A DNA stretch of 61,433 nucleotides from a virus (taxonomy: Duplodnaviria > Caudoviricetes), in the IMG/VR virus record IMGVR_UViG_3300032307_000254, positions 1 through 61,433 of that record. The stretch is one strand, 5' to 3'. Below, piece by piece: positions 32,191 to 41,595 of the stretch (positions are counted from its first letter, which is position 1; each line of letters begins with the position of its first letter). The notes beneath the pieces are model-generated. The model was given only the letters and a program-made list of their open reading frames with translations, ran no database searches and was not told where the DNA came from. Made by a program: the position numbers and the translations under genes.

Positions 32191-33135
32191 CTACCTTGTG
32201 ACTACGCTTATAGTACCAATTTCACCAAAACCAAAGACCGGAAGTGGTGCGACTCGGGTTACTGGTGGGAATTGTGCGGAAACGTGGGTGATCCCGATAA
32301 TTGCCGACGGCGTAGCCGGGATCGCAGGGGTTACACCGGGGCTGGCAGCAACGGCTGGGAAGTGCTCAATGGACACGCCTGTGTTCTCGACGCGCCACAT
32401 AATTTCAATGTAACCATTGTCCGCAGGGATATCGACCACGATGGGTGTCACAGCAATAAGGTGCGACGGGTCACCCGCAGATTTACGCGCAGGGATGGTA
32501 AACCGGCTGTTGGAGTTGGCGATGTCGGTCCCATTGTACCGCAGCCAGATGTCGATGTCCTGCTGGTCGTTGGTCGTATTCTTGAACTGGATGCTGTAGG
32601 ACACGTTGTAGATGCCCTGCTGCGCAAAGGTGATGCGCGAGTTGCTGACGATGGAGATGCCGTTAGGAAACTCATCAGTGTTGAGAGTGAGTGCGTAGGC
32701 AACCGCAACGCTAGCAGCAGTCTGGTCTTGGTCGCTCGTCAGCTGATTATAGGGCACGGATACGAACCGCCCGTCCCCGTGAAGGAAGTCGGCGTAGACC
32801 ATATTGGCCATGATCTGGTTGGAAATCTGCGCCCCGTTCCGGTGCGCATAGGTGTTGAGGTAGTCGGCAAAGATGCGGTCGGAGACCTGCGTATCAATGT
32901 CCGCTGCCACCGCGTCGAGTGTGGTTGTGGTGACGCTGGTTGCGTTTACCGACGTGCCGCTGAAGCTGCCCCCAATGAAGCGGTCCGCAGTGTACTGCTC
33001 CGCGTTGTTGGGCGTGCGAGAGTCAAGCTGCGAGAAGTAGTTCTCCAGCACCCGGATGAGCTGCCGGACATATTGCGGGTCGTACTGGGTCGGTGGGTTG
33101 GGTAGCGGGGCAGCGCGGAACTTGTCGAGAGCCAT
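32191..33135 (-). CDS. tail-associated structural protein
   Basis: APLPNPP-x-x-YD N-terminus; beta-rich C-terminal domain (GIYNVSYSIQF). Confidence 0.6.
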   Translation of the reverse strand: MALDKFRAAPLPNPPTQYDPQYVRQLIRVLENYFSQLDSRTPNNAEQYTADRFIGGSFSGTSVNATSVTTTTLDAVAADIDTQVSDRIFADYLNTYAHRNGAQISNQIMANMVYADFLHGDGRFVSVPYNQLTSDQDQTAASVAVAYALTLNTDEFPNGISIVSNSRITFAQQGIYNVSYSIQFKNTTNDQQDIDIWLRYNGTDIANSNSRFTIPARKSAGDPSHLIAVTPIVVDIPADNGYIEIMWRVENTGVSIEHFPAVAASPGVTPAIPATPSAIIGITHVSAQFPPVTRVAPLPVFGFGEIGTISVVTR

Positions 33136-35075
33136 CAGCGCCTCCCGTCGGGGCGCACATCAAGACGCGGGGCACCAAGCTGCCATTGGACGTTGAGGTT
33201 TTCCGACCGGATTTTGAGCGCCATCTGGCGTGCCCGGGCGCGCAGGAAGACCTGATCGGTGTAGGCCCCCACTGGAGTCTCGATAACCCGCTGCGTGTCA
33301 GCCGGGTCAGCACTGAACGCACTGCCGGGGAAGTTGCGCGGGCGCACCTGTAGAGTGACCTCCGGGGCCGTAGCGGTCGATCCAGCGAAGTTGATGTCGG
33401 GCAGTATACGCCGGGTAAGCATGAAGTTGTCGCCGTCGTCGAGGTCGAAGTCCGACGACTGGATATAGCTGTCCATCGGGAGATCGTCGTCGTTGAGGCC
33501 GTTCTCGTGGTTGTAGAGGAACCCGCTCCCGGTCGTGACGGTGTCACCGACTAGCGTAATAGGAGTATTAGCCGCCTGCGGATTCTGCCGCAGCGGGGTG
33601 TCAAGCCACGCCGTCCGGTCGATGGTGCCATAGTACCAGATGCGCTCAAGGTGGTTATACACCACGTAGGCGTTGTTGTAGTCGCTGTCGGCAGTTGGGT
33701 AAAACCACCAGATTTCGTTCCACTGCTCGTTGGTGCCGCAGACGATCTGGTCCGACTGGTTCAGGTTGATGTTGTTGAAGACGTGGTTGCGCAGGGTGCA
33801 CGGCAGCGTCTCCACGCGACCGGTGTAGGCATAGAACTTGTCCTGCCCCATCCAGTAGGTGATGTTGGCCGCTGTGGCCATGGCACGCGGCGAAGCGACC
33901 GAGATATTCTCCGCATACTCCTGAAGCCCGAACACGTCGGTCGTACCGAGGAACTGGAGCGTGTAGAGGTTGGTGTCGGTCCACACGAGGATTTCCTGCC
34001 GGGTCGGCAGGGCGCGCACGATCTTGGAGCCGCGAGACACCCGGAGGTCGCCAGCAGTGTTGGTCTGGGTTGGGGTCCAGTCGCCCGGAGTATCTTGGTC
34101 GGCCCAGCGGATGAGCAGCGGGTCGAAGTCCGCTGTGCTGGTTGACCCGAAGGGTACCGCGCCGAAGGCGATGAGGTGCTTGTCCTGCTGCGATACCAGC
34201 AGCTGCATAATCTCGATGGGTACCGCGTTGGGGTCGTAACCTTCATCGTCGGCATAATCCACAAGACGGATAGCCTTGGTGTTCAAAGCCGTAGCCGGGT
34301 CAGCCGCAGTGCCGCGCACCCACCAGTAGCCCTCGCCGTTGCGGATGTTCATCACGAGGTCGTTGTCGAAGTTGTCGAACCACCAGTCGCGCTGCGGGAG
34401 GAAGATGGGCGAGCCGGTTGCACCGAGACCCCAGCTGCTGCGACCCCACGTACCAGCACCCCAACCAAGACCCGCTACGGTGATGGCGTTGCCGGGTTCG
34501 ATCTCATAGCCAATGATGATGGCTGTGCCGCCCGCGTTGCTGACGGTTGAGGTCGCTGGGGTGTCCACCACGAACGAGAAAGAGTCGGTGTCGATGACCG
34601 TGATCTGGTGGTTGCCGTTGATCTGGCTGACCGGGATGCCCCCGATGGTAGGCCCGGCCACACCGCTGATCTGAACGTAGGAGCCAGTCACCGCACCGTG
34701 CGCGCTGGCAAGGTTGATGGTGATCGTGGTGCTGCCGTTGGTCGTGTTGACGCAGTTGTCCGTCGCTGGCGTGCTCATAGTCGGGTTCGACGAGCGCAGC
34801 GGGGTAATGTCGTAGTAGAAGCCCCCGACCTCGATATAGGCTTTCTCGTTGGTCCCGATGGCGAGGAGATTGTCCGAGAAAGTGGTGATCCAGTTCCACA
34901 TCTGACGGCACACGCCGACGAACGTGTTGGGGGTTGCCTTGACCCAGCCGCCCAGCTTCTCCGGGTAGCCGGAGCGGAACCTGATCTTGTCGCACTCGTA
35001 CCAGCCGCCCTCGTTGGAGTAGTCGGTCTGGTCGCGGTTGACGCCCGGTTTGAACTGGAGCTTGATGAAGGCCAT
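33135..35075 (-). CDS. tail tubular/hub (packaged-DNA stabilisation-like) protein
   Basis: Likely start MAFIKLQFKPG at 35075 (TAATG overlap); Trp-rich beta-propeller-like repeats; C-terminal DGRR. Confidence 0.7.
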   Translation of the reverse strand: MAFIKLQFKPGVNRDQTDYSNEGGWYECDKIRFRSGYPEKLGGWVKATPNTFVGVCRQMWNWITTFSDNLLAIGTNEKAYIEVGGFYYDITPLRSSNPTMSTPATDNCVNTTNGSTTITINLASAHGAVTGSYVQISGVAGPTIGGIPVSQINGNHQITVIDTDSFSFVVDTPATSTVSNAGGTAIIIGYEIEPGNAITVAGLGWGAGTWGRSSWGLGATGSPIFLPQRDWWFDNFDNDLVMNIRNGEGYWWVRGTAADPATALNTKAIRLVDYADDEGYDPNAVPIEIMQLLVSQQDKHLIAFGAVPFGSTSTADFDPLLIRWADQDTPGDWTPTQTNTAGDLRVSRGSKIVRALPTRQEILVWTDTNLYTLQFLGTTDVFGLQEYAENISVASPRAMATAANITYWMGQDKFYAYTGRVETLPCTLRNHVFNNINLNQSDQIVCGTNEQWNEIWWFYPTADSDYNNAYVVYNHLERIWYYGTIDRTAWLDTPLRQNPQAANTPITLVGDTVTTGSGFLYNHENGLNDDDLPMDSYIQSSDFDLDDGDNFMLTRRILPDINFAGSTATAPEVTLQVRPRNFPGSAFSADPADTQRVIETPVGAYTDQVFLRARARQMALKIRSENLNVQWQLGAPRLDVRPDGRR

Positions 35076-35638
35076 TATAGCTGTGCATCCGCTAGGAGTT
35101 CGATGGTTGCGCTGTCGAGCACAGTGGTGGTGCCGGTGCGCCGGATTTCGACGAGAAACTCGCAAAGCTGACTATCATTAATAGCCGCAGTACGCGTCCA
35201 TGTCTGAGTGGTCGATAGGGCCACCCACGTGCCGGTGGTGCCCGAGCTCAGCGAACCAACATTCACAGTCACCCGCGCTTCGTAGTTGCCCGCTTCAGAG
35301 GTCGGCGTGCACCACTGCTCAAGGTTGGTGAAGGTGGTGTTGACCAGCGACTGGACTTGGCCACCAGAAGTCAGGCGGTAGCCTGCGGTTGCACTGCGCG
35401 CACCGCCCGTCGCATCAACGATGTTCTGGTTGGAGATCGAGATGACGACATTGCTGGTGCCGTAGAAGCTGGCAATGCTGATCTGCCCCGAAGAAGGGAC
35501 AGGACCATTCGTACCGCTCGTGCCCGGAGGAACCAGCCCGCCACCCGCATAATACTCGTTGATCGAGATGGGGTTCGTACCGCCAAACTCGGTCTGGATG
35601 TCTGCGAGTGAAAGAGGGCCGGAGGTCGGCAGCGGCAT
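35075..35638 (-). CDS. tail-fibre tip/adhesin-like protein
   Basis: MPLPTSGPLSLADIQTEFGG-x-NPIS-x-x-EYY N-terminus, directly after a chaperone-bearing fibre. Confidence 0.55.
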   Translation of the reverse strand: MPLPTSGPLSLADIQTEFGGTNPISINEYYAGGGLVPPGTSGTNGPVPSSGQISIASFYGTSNVVISISNQNIVDATGGARSATAGYRLTSGGQVQSLVNTTFTNLEQWCTPTSEAGNYEARVTVNVGSLSSGTTGTWVALSTTQTWTRTAAINDSQLCEFLVEIRRTGTTTVLDSATIELLADAQL

Positions 35639-37512
35639 TACTTCACCCCTACAACTTGGGCACGCAGATCAGCAACCTCGGCACGCAGCTCCTTGATAGC
35701 CTCGAAAGCCACAGCGCAGAGCTTCTCGTAGTCCACCGCCAATGTGCCGTCCTCGCGCTCGCGCACGGCCAGCGGGAATGCACCCTGCACATCCTGAGCG
35801 ATGACGCCAAAGTCCTGCTTGCGGATGAAGTAGCCATCCGCACCGCCATGGGCTGCGATGTAGGCATCGGTCCAGTCGAAGGTCTTGCCACCGATGGTGC
35901 AGACCATATCCAGTGCGCCCTTGATGGGGGCGACGTTTTCCTTCAGGCGCGCATCCGACGAGAAATAGGCCGTGACGTTGTTGGTCGCCCGGATTTCACC
36001 AGCAGTGCCGGAGGCAGCAGTGCCAACGCCAAGGCTGTTCACTTGGTAGTTGTTGCTGGTGTTCAGCGCGTTCGCAGTGGTCGCCGTAGTAGCCGTCGTC
36101 GCAGAAGTAGCAGACGTTGCTGACGTAGCCGTAGTTGCCGACGTGGCCGTAGCGGCGTTGCCGCTGATGTTGATACCCCACGTGCCCGTTGCGCCAGAGC
36201 CGTTGGTAGAGGGCACATCCAGAGCCGTGCGCGCATTCGCAGCCGTCGTAGCCCCAGTGCCACCGTTGAGGATGGGAAGCGTGCCCGTAACCTGCGTGGT
36301 CAGGCTGACGCCCGAGAGAGTGCCACCGAGGGTAAGCGAACCCGAAGAGGTCACAGTGCCCGTGAGGGTAATGCCGTTGACCGAGCCAGTGCCCGACACC
36401 GAGATAACCGTGCCGGTACCAGTACCCACCCCGATGGCGGTGCGGAAGTCCGCTGCGCTCAGTGCGCTGACCGTGTTGTCCGCGTTGAAGCGCGGGAAGG
36501 TGATCGCACTGGGGTTGGTGATCGTGAAGATGTTGCCGCCCAAGGTGGTAGCACCAAGAGCCGTGCGGGCACCGCCCGCAGTTGTTGCACCCGTGCCCCC
36601 GTTACCAATCGGGAGTGTGTCGATGACTTGCGTAGCGAGGCTGACGCCCGAGAGCGTACCGCCAAGGGTCAGAGAGCCGGAGGACGTCACGGTACCTGTG
36701 AGCGTAATACCGTTAACCGTCCCGGTACCACCTACTGACGTAACCGAACCATTCCCGGTGCCTGCTCCGAGATTTGCCCGCGCAGTCGCAGCGTCCGTAG
36801 CCCCCGTTCCGCCGTTGGCGACCGCCAGAGCGGTACCCGACCAGTTCGAGTTGTTGATGCTGGAGAGGACAGCGAGCGAGCCAAGGCCAAGGTTGGTGCG
36901 TGCATCCGCAGCCGTCGAAGCCCCCGTGCCGCCATCGGCAATGGCAAGGTCGGTGATGCCGGTGATCGAGCCGCCAGTGATGGCGACAGTGTTTGCGTTC
37001 TGGGTGGACATCGTGCCCAGCCCGAGGTTGGTCCGCGCACCCGAGGCAGTGTTGGAGCCTGTGCCGCCAGAAAGGATCGGGAGCGCCGTGGCGAGCGTCA
37101 GCGACGTCAGATGGGTGGTGACGTCCACCACATCGGTGCCGTTGGAGTAAACCCACATGGTCTTGCCCGCAGGAACGGTGACGCCGTTACCAGCAGCGGT
37201 CTTGACGAGGATCGAGTCCGCGCATTCGTTGATGACGATGTACGGCTTCTCGATGCTGGGGACCACGAGGTTGCGGGTCGAGCCACCGGTCGTACCGATG
37301 CAGCGCAAGCGCATGTTGCGCGCAGTCTGCGTGGTGTTGGTGTCGGTCAGGGTCAGCGTGACGTTGCCGCTGGAAAAGCTGACATCCGCCGAGCCGACAA
37401 TTGCCTCTTCGAGAGCCGTGCCGAGGTTGGTGTTGGTGACGTTGCCCCATGTCGTGGCGTTCTCACCGGTCGCCATGAGCTGGATTTTCAGGTTGCTATA
37501 GGTGCTCGCCAT
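35638..37512 (-). CDS. tail fibre with C-terminal intramolecular chaperone (peptidase S74-like)
   Basis: GGTGA..A..AR..LG repeats; SSDARLKEN...GVIAQDV...VDYEKL...AIKEL. Confidence 0.85.
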   Translation of the reverse strand: MASTYSNLKIQLMATGENATTWGNVTNTNLGTALEEAIVGSADVSFSSGNVTLTLTDTNTTQTARNMRLRCIGTTGGSTRNLVVPSIEKPYIVINECADSILVKTAAGNGVTVPAGKTMWVYSNGTDVVDVTTHLTSLTLATALPILSGGTGSNTASGARTNLGLGTMSTQNANTVAITGGSITGITDLAIADGGTGASTAADARTNLGLGSLAVLSSINNSNWSGTALAVANGGTGATDAATARANLGAGTGNGSVTSVGGTGTVNGITLTGTVTSSGSLTLGGTLSGVSLATQVIDTLPIGNGGTGATTAGGARTALGATTLGGNIFTITNPSAITFPRFNADNTVSALSAADFRTAIGVGTGTGTVISVSGTGSVNGITLTGTVTSSGSLTLGGTLSGVSLTTQVTGTLPILNGGTGATTAANARTALDVPSTNGSGATGTWGINISGNAATATSATTATSATSATSATTATTATTANALNTSNNYQVNSLGVGTAASGTAGEIRATNNVTAYFSSDARLKENVAPIKGALDMVCTIGGKTFDWTDAYIAAHGGADGYFIRKQDFGVIAQDVQGAFPLAVREREDGTLAVDYEKLCAVAFEAIKELRAEVADLRAQVVGVK

Positions 37513-37521
37513 CTCAAGTCC

Positions 37522-38226
37522 TTACGTCGGTATCTGTACCCAGATGACGGTGTTGCCGTCGTTTACCTGCGTCCAGTTGCCTGTCTGCGCGTCGTCCACC
37601 GGTTGCCAGTTCGGAGTCTGGTTGTCGTTGATGACCCCCCAGACGAGTGGCGTGGTAATTCTTCCGACGGCTTGTACACCAACCAAAGTCACATTGGAAC
37701 TGATTACGACGGTAGGCGTAGTGACCGCACCGGTAGCTTCTACCCCGGTAACCGGCACCTCTTCGGAAATGATGATGACGACATCACCAAGGGCAGAGAC
37801 CCCTGAAACGCCAGTGACGACGACGCCCGCGCCGGATGAGGTATCCACCGTACCGAGCGCACCTTGGGCCTCCACGCCATCTACGGTGGTGGTAGCGCCA
37901 GCACTGGCCTCAGCGGTGCCTAGCGAAGCAGTGGCTTCAAGCCCAGTAACGGTGATATTATTGTCGGACCGGACTTCGACCGTGCCAACTGCGCCAGTGG
38001 CCTCGACCCCGGTAAGGGTAAAGTTGTTCGTAGCAGTGATGGTGACGGTGCCGATGGCACCCGTGCCTATGTCCTCGAAAACAGGGATCGAGATGCTGCC
38101 GCCAGCAGAGACGCCTACGCCATCGTTGATGGCTTCGCCGGAGACGCCCGTTACGGTGGTCGCAACGTCGTTGGTCTCAAGGATGTCGGTAAACGCAGTC
38201 GAAGCGAAGGGAGAGAAGCCAAACAT
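37522..38226 (-). CDS. Thr/Val/Gly-rich virion structural protein
   Basis: MFGFSPFA N-terminus; VTGVEATGAVG repeats; Trp-spaced C-terminus. Confidence 0.65.
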   Translation of the reverse strand: MFGFSPFASTAFTDILETNDVATTVTGVSGEAINDGVGVSAGGSISIPVFEDIGTGAIGTVTITATNNFTLTGVEATGAVGTVEVRSDNNITVTGLEATASLGTAEASAGATTTVDGVEAQGALGTVDTSSGAGVVVTGVSGVSALGDVVIIISEEVPVTGVEATGAVTTPTVVISSNVTLVGVQAVGRITTPLVWGVINDNQTPNWQPVDDAQTGNWTQVNDGNTVIWVQIPT

Positions 38227-38278
38227 GTCGAACCCCCTCCTTTCGCTTCGGGTTGCGTGTGGTTAACCTACCAGATCA

Positions 38279-38458
38279 TTAGCCGCCGAGGAACTGCGAC
38301 ATTGCACCTGCGGCAACGGCGATGGCAGCAAAGATACCAGCGACCTTGGCCTTCCAGCCGAGCTTCGGCTTATCGCCGTCCATAGGGGCAATCTTGTCGG
38401 CAGCCTGCTTGAGCAGGGCGTATTTGCCGATGCGGCCAATCATTTTCTTCGGGTCCAT
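38279..38458 (-). CDS. small membrane protein downstream of the endolysin
   Basis: AAGGAGGA RBS before ATG 38458; C-terminal hydrophobic helix. Confidence 0.6.
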   Translation of the reverse strand: MDPKKMIGRIGKYALLKQAADKIAPMDGDKPKLGWKAKVAGIFAAIAVAAGAMSQFLGG

Positions 38459-38468
38459 AAGGTCCTCC

Positions 38469-39080
38469 TTAGAGCCAAGAAGCGTACTTCTTGGTCTTCT
38501 GTTTGCGGTCTTCGAGGCCATGAGTGCCCCCGTTGATCCGCTTAGTCAGCGCGAGGATCGCACTGTCTGTGATGCCCTGATCGCAGATTGACCAGAGCTT
38601 GTTGCGGTCGAAGAACCATAGGGCGCTTTCGATAGCCAGATCGTCAGCCACAAGGTCCGGGTTGTCCATGAGGTCGGGGCGGTTGATGTACTCCGACAGC
38701 GCCTTGTAGTTGTCGTGGCCCGTGAGCTGGAGGAAACCACGCCCACGGAACTTCCACCCGTCGCCGCTGCTCTCAGGACCGTTGCCCATGCGGTTGGCAT
38801 AGACACGGTTGGCGATAGCCTGCGGCTTGCGGGCATACTGCGCAGCCAGCGCATCGGTCGGGAAGTACTTGCGGAAGATGTTTCGCAGCCCTTTGGCGCT
38901 GTAGTTGAGGTTCTCGCTGGTGGCCCGCCACCCCCCACTCTCGTGGGCACACTGGGCGAAGAAGTGGGCACCCCGGTTGCGGTTCAGCTTGAAGTGCGCG
39001 CAGGCGGCTTTGAGCGTGTTGGGGCCGAAAGCCCCATCAGCCGGTACGCCGATCTTCTGCTGTAGTCTTACGAGGCTCAT
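38469..39080 (-). CDS. endolysin, glycoside hydrolase family 19, with N-terminal peptidoglycan-binding motif
   Basis: ADGAFGPNT; FFAQCAHESG, ENLNYS, FRGRGFLQLTG, INGG. Confidence 0.9.
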   Translation of the reverse strand: MSLVRLQQKIGVPADGAFGPNTLKAACAHFKLNRNRGAHFFAQCAHESGGWRATSENLNYSAKGLRNIFRKYFPTDALAAQYARKPQAIANRVYANRMGNGPESSGDGWKFRGRGFLQLTGHDNYKALSEYINRPDLMDNPDLVADDLAIESALWFFDRNKLWSICDQGITDSAILALTKRINGGTHGLEDRKQKTKKYASWL

Positions 39081-39574
39081 TGGTTCGGGTTCCTCCAGTC
39101 AGGAAAATCGTTTTCATCGACCACGCCGTCGTTGTTCGCGTCGTACCGCAGATCGTTGCGGTACTTCTCCCACGGCTCCATGTCGTCATCGTCGTCGTCG
39201 TCCTCGGGGGTATCAACAAAGACGGTGCCGTTCGGGTCGTTATAGGTCTTTGGCGCTTCAGGCTCGACTTCAGGCTCGGCCTCAGGCTCAGGCTCGGGCT
39301 CGACCGGAGCTTCCTTGTCCCGCGCATTGGCGTTGAGGCTCAGACCCCCCAGCAGGCCGACAAAGGCACCGATGATGGTCTGGAAGGCCGGGTCAACCAT
39401 GTTGAGGATAGCCGCGCTGTCCACAACGCTGTTGGGCACAAAGAGGCCGATGACGAGCGCCGCCACCACAACGAGGACCACAGCGGACAGCGTGACGATA
39501 GCCACGCGGATCACGAACTCGATGGTGTCATTGACACCCTCTCGCTTGCTTTCGAACCGATCCCAGAAACTCAC
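39077..39574 (-). CDS. two-TM membrane protein (holin-like) with acidic C-terminus and EF-hand-like loop
   Basis: Two hydrophobic helices; EPEPE and D7 tracts; DANNDGVVDEND. Confidence 0.55.
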   Translation of the reverse strand: MSFWDRFESKREGVNDTIEFVIRVAIVTLSAVVLVVVAALVIGLFVPNSVVDSAAILNMVDPAFQTIIGAFVGLLGGLSLNANARDKEAPVEPEPEPEAEPEVEPEAPKTYNDPNGTVFVDTPEDDDDDDDMEPWEKYRNDLRYDANNDGVVDENDFPDWRNPNQ

Positions 39575-39867
39575 TGTTCTTTCCCTTCTTCCTCGTGCGG
39601 CGGCTTTTTCGGCCTCACGCCGCTACTACCCTGTCCCGCCATTAGTCCGGCCAGCGCGCCGACGATGAACGTTGCAATCGGATTAATCAACTTGAAGAAC
39701 TCCGCGTCGTTGGGCGCTTGCCCATCCATCGGCTGCGACACGAAGATCAACGAGTACAGAACCGTTGCCACGATAAACATAAGCGTCACCGAGAGAACGA
39801 CGCCTACGATAAACCTTAGCAACTCCTCGGGTGTCCATTCATTTGCTGGCTTCATCGGCAGGCTCAC
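39571..39867 (-). CDS. two-TM membrane protein (holin-like)
   Basis: Two hydrophobic helices; in the lysis cassette; second helix resembles that of the neighbouring gene. Confidence 0.55.
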   Translation of the reverse strand: MSLPMKPANEWTPEELLRFIVGVVLSVTLMFIVATVLYSLIFVSQPMDGQAPNDAEFFKLINPIATFIVGALAGLMAGQGSSGVRPKKPPHEEEGKEQ

Positions 39868-40033
39868 TGGTCGTGATGAGGTACTCTGTGCAGTACCCGG
39901 ATGCTATGCACTTGGGCTTCTGGCATTCCGGCACTTCCCAGTTATCGGGGTCTTGGCACTCGTAGCGGTAACGGTCTTTGCATCCCGCCAGCAGCACAGC
40001 AGCGACAACAAGCGCAAGAACCCCTCTAGGCAT
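39839..40033 (-). CDS. small lipoprotein (spanin-like)
   Basis: Signal peptide with LAGC lipobox; Cys-rich. Confidence 0.6.
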   Translation of the reverse strand: MPRGVLALVVAAVLLAGCKDRYRYECQDPDNWEVPECQKPKCIASGYCTEYLITTSEPADEASK

Positions 40034-40364
40034 CGGCAGCAGCCCATGGCAGCGGGGGCGTCACAACCGGTGGGTCGATCTGATCTTGGATTTGCTGGGC
40101 GACGCTGGCTTCGTAGGCCGCAACCTGCTCAGGACCCATCGAGGCGAAGACCCAGCCGAGCACCTGCTCCTGCGTGAGATCAGCATAGGGAGTGAAGGGT
40201 GCGCTGGCGTCGAGAGTGAGCGTCTGCGCGCCATAGACGTAGCCGCTGTACGTCCCGTCTGTCCCGGTCAGGGTCCAGTGAACATTGAAGACCACGTCGG
40301 TCTCGTTGTCGTACTCCGGGTAGCAATCCATCTGGATGACGGCCCAAGTGTTGGTAACGGTCAT
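40026..40364 (-). CDS. conserved small tail-region protein
   Basis: AAGGAA RBS before ATG 40364; FTPYADLT..QVLGW, C-terminal LPW. Confidence 0.65.
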   Translation of the reverse strand: MTVTNTWAVIQMDCYPEYDNETDVVFNVHWTLTGTDGTYSGYVYGAQTLTLDASAPFTPYADLTQEQVLGWVFASMGPEQVAAYEASVAQQIQDQIDPPVVTPPLPWAAADA

Positions 40365-40729
40365 GGGTTGGTTCCTTCTTGCGGCGCGGGGGCTTCGACC
40401 CACGTTACGGTTTCTTCGTCCCAATAATAGGGCTTCCCATCCTGCGGGTATGCCACAGGTGCGCCCCAAAGGCACGTATCTTCGTCGAGCACCCAAGACG
40501 GGTAGGGCTGCGGCGGGATGAAAGCATCGCGCACCGGGTCATAGGTATAGCCAATCCCGGCGAAGTTCTTACGCAGCGGGCGTCCTTCGGGATGCTGGCC
40601 ACCGTGCGTGTTGTACGAGGTCTGCACCCACAGCGTGGAGTCGCCAAAGAGACCGGTGTCGATAACGTCCTGCTCAATGACCAGCACCTCGGTGACGATG
40701 CCGTCGATGACTTTGGCGAAGTGGCTCAT
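40361..40729 (-). CDS. conserved small tail-region protein
   Basis: MSHFAK...QTSYN...RKNFAGIG..YD...DAFIPPQPYPSW. Confidence 0.7.
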   Translation of the reverse strand: MSHFAKVIDGIVTEVLVIEQDVIDTGLFGDSTLWVQTSYNTHGGQHPEGRPLRKNFAGIGYTYDPVRDAFIPPQPYPSWVLDEDTCLWGAPVAYPQDGKPYYWDEETVTWVEAPAPQEGTNP

Positions 40730-41595
40730 GCGGTGTAACTCCCGGATGAGTTGAACTGCATGATGGTGTTGGACCCGCTGGTCGTTACCGTTGGGGAGCC
40801 AGTGGTAGTGCCGGAGTAGCTGGCGGTTGGAACAGAAAGGATCACGACGCCAGAGCCGCCATTACCACCAGTCCTAAGCGTGCCATTGCCTCCAGCGCCG
40901 CCTCCGCCGCCCCCGGTATTAGCAGAACCAGCCGAGCCGTTAGCACTGGCCCCGCCATTACCACCACCGCCAGCGCCGCCCGTACCAGCGGTGCCCGAAG
41001 TGCGCTTACCACCCCCACCGCCGCCAGCGTACGTCACTGACGTACCCGTTATAGAGCTTGCGGAGCCCGCCCCGCCATTGCCAGTTGCACCAGAGGCTCC
41101 GACTGCCCCTGCACCGCCACCGCCACCGCCCCGTTGAGCGTTTGCATCGGTAGTCGAGTTTTGTCCTGCGCCACCCGCGTTACCTTGACCAGATGTGCCA
41201 GATGCGCCGGGAGTAGAACCGGGCGAAATAAACGTACCCGAACCGGCCCCGCCGGAACCGCCGCTTGTCGGGGATATGATCTCAACCCCGTTTCCAACAG
41301 CAGAGCCGCCACCGCCCCCACCTGCGGCTGTCAACCCAAGTGCTACAGAGTCACTACCAATACCACCGGTATCTACTGATCCCGGGGCCGCGCCGCCTCC
41401 GCCAACGGTTATGGAGTATGTAGTGCCGGGGGTAAGGGTCGAGGAGCCGCTGAGAAGACCCCCCGCGCCGCCGCCACCCGTGCCAGTGTTAGTGCTGGCA
41501 GAACCACCCGCGCCGCCACCAGCGACGATAAGGTAACTGGCCGAGTATGGGGCTTTACCGCCCATCCCAGCGAGCGCCGCGAGGACACCGGTCAT
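40726..41595 (-). CDS. glycine-rich tail-associated protein
   Basis: YLIVAGGG...ANTGGGGGG...GGSGVVI repeats; ATGA overlap at 41592-41595. Confidence 0.75.
   Translation of the reverse strand: MTGVLAALAGMGGKAPYSASYLIVAGGGAGGSASTNTGTGGGGAGGLLSGSSTLTPGTTYSITVGGGGAAPGSVDTGGIGSDSVALGLTAAGGGGGGSAVGNGVEIISPTSGGSGGAGSGTFISPGSTPGASGTSGQGNAGGAGQNSTTDANAQRGGGGGGAGAVGASGATGNGGAGSASSITGTSVTYAGGGGGGKRTSGTAGTGGAGGGGNGGASANGSAGSANTGGGGGGAGGNGTLRTGGNGGSGVVILSVPTASYSGTTTGSPTVTTSGSNTIMQFNSSGSYTA

Noticed and set aside
35076-35165. N-terminal extension of ORF 33135..35165
   Set aside because: It overlaps the upstream gene; TAATG coupling at 35073-35077 points to MAFIKLQF as the start.
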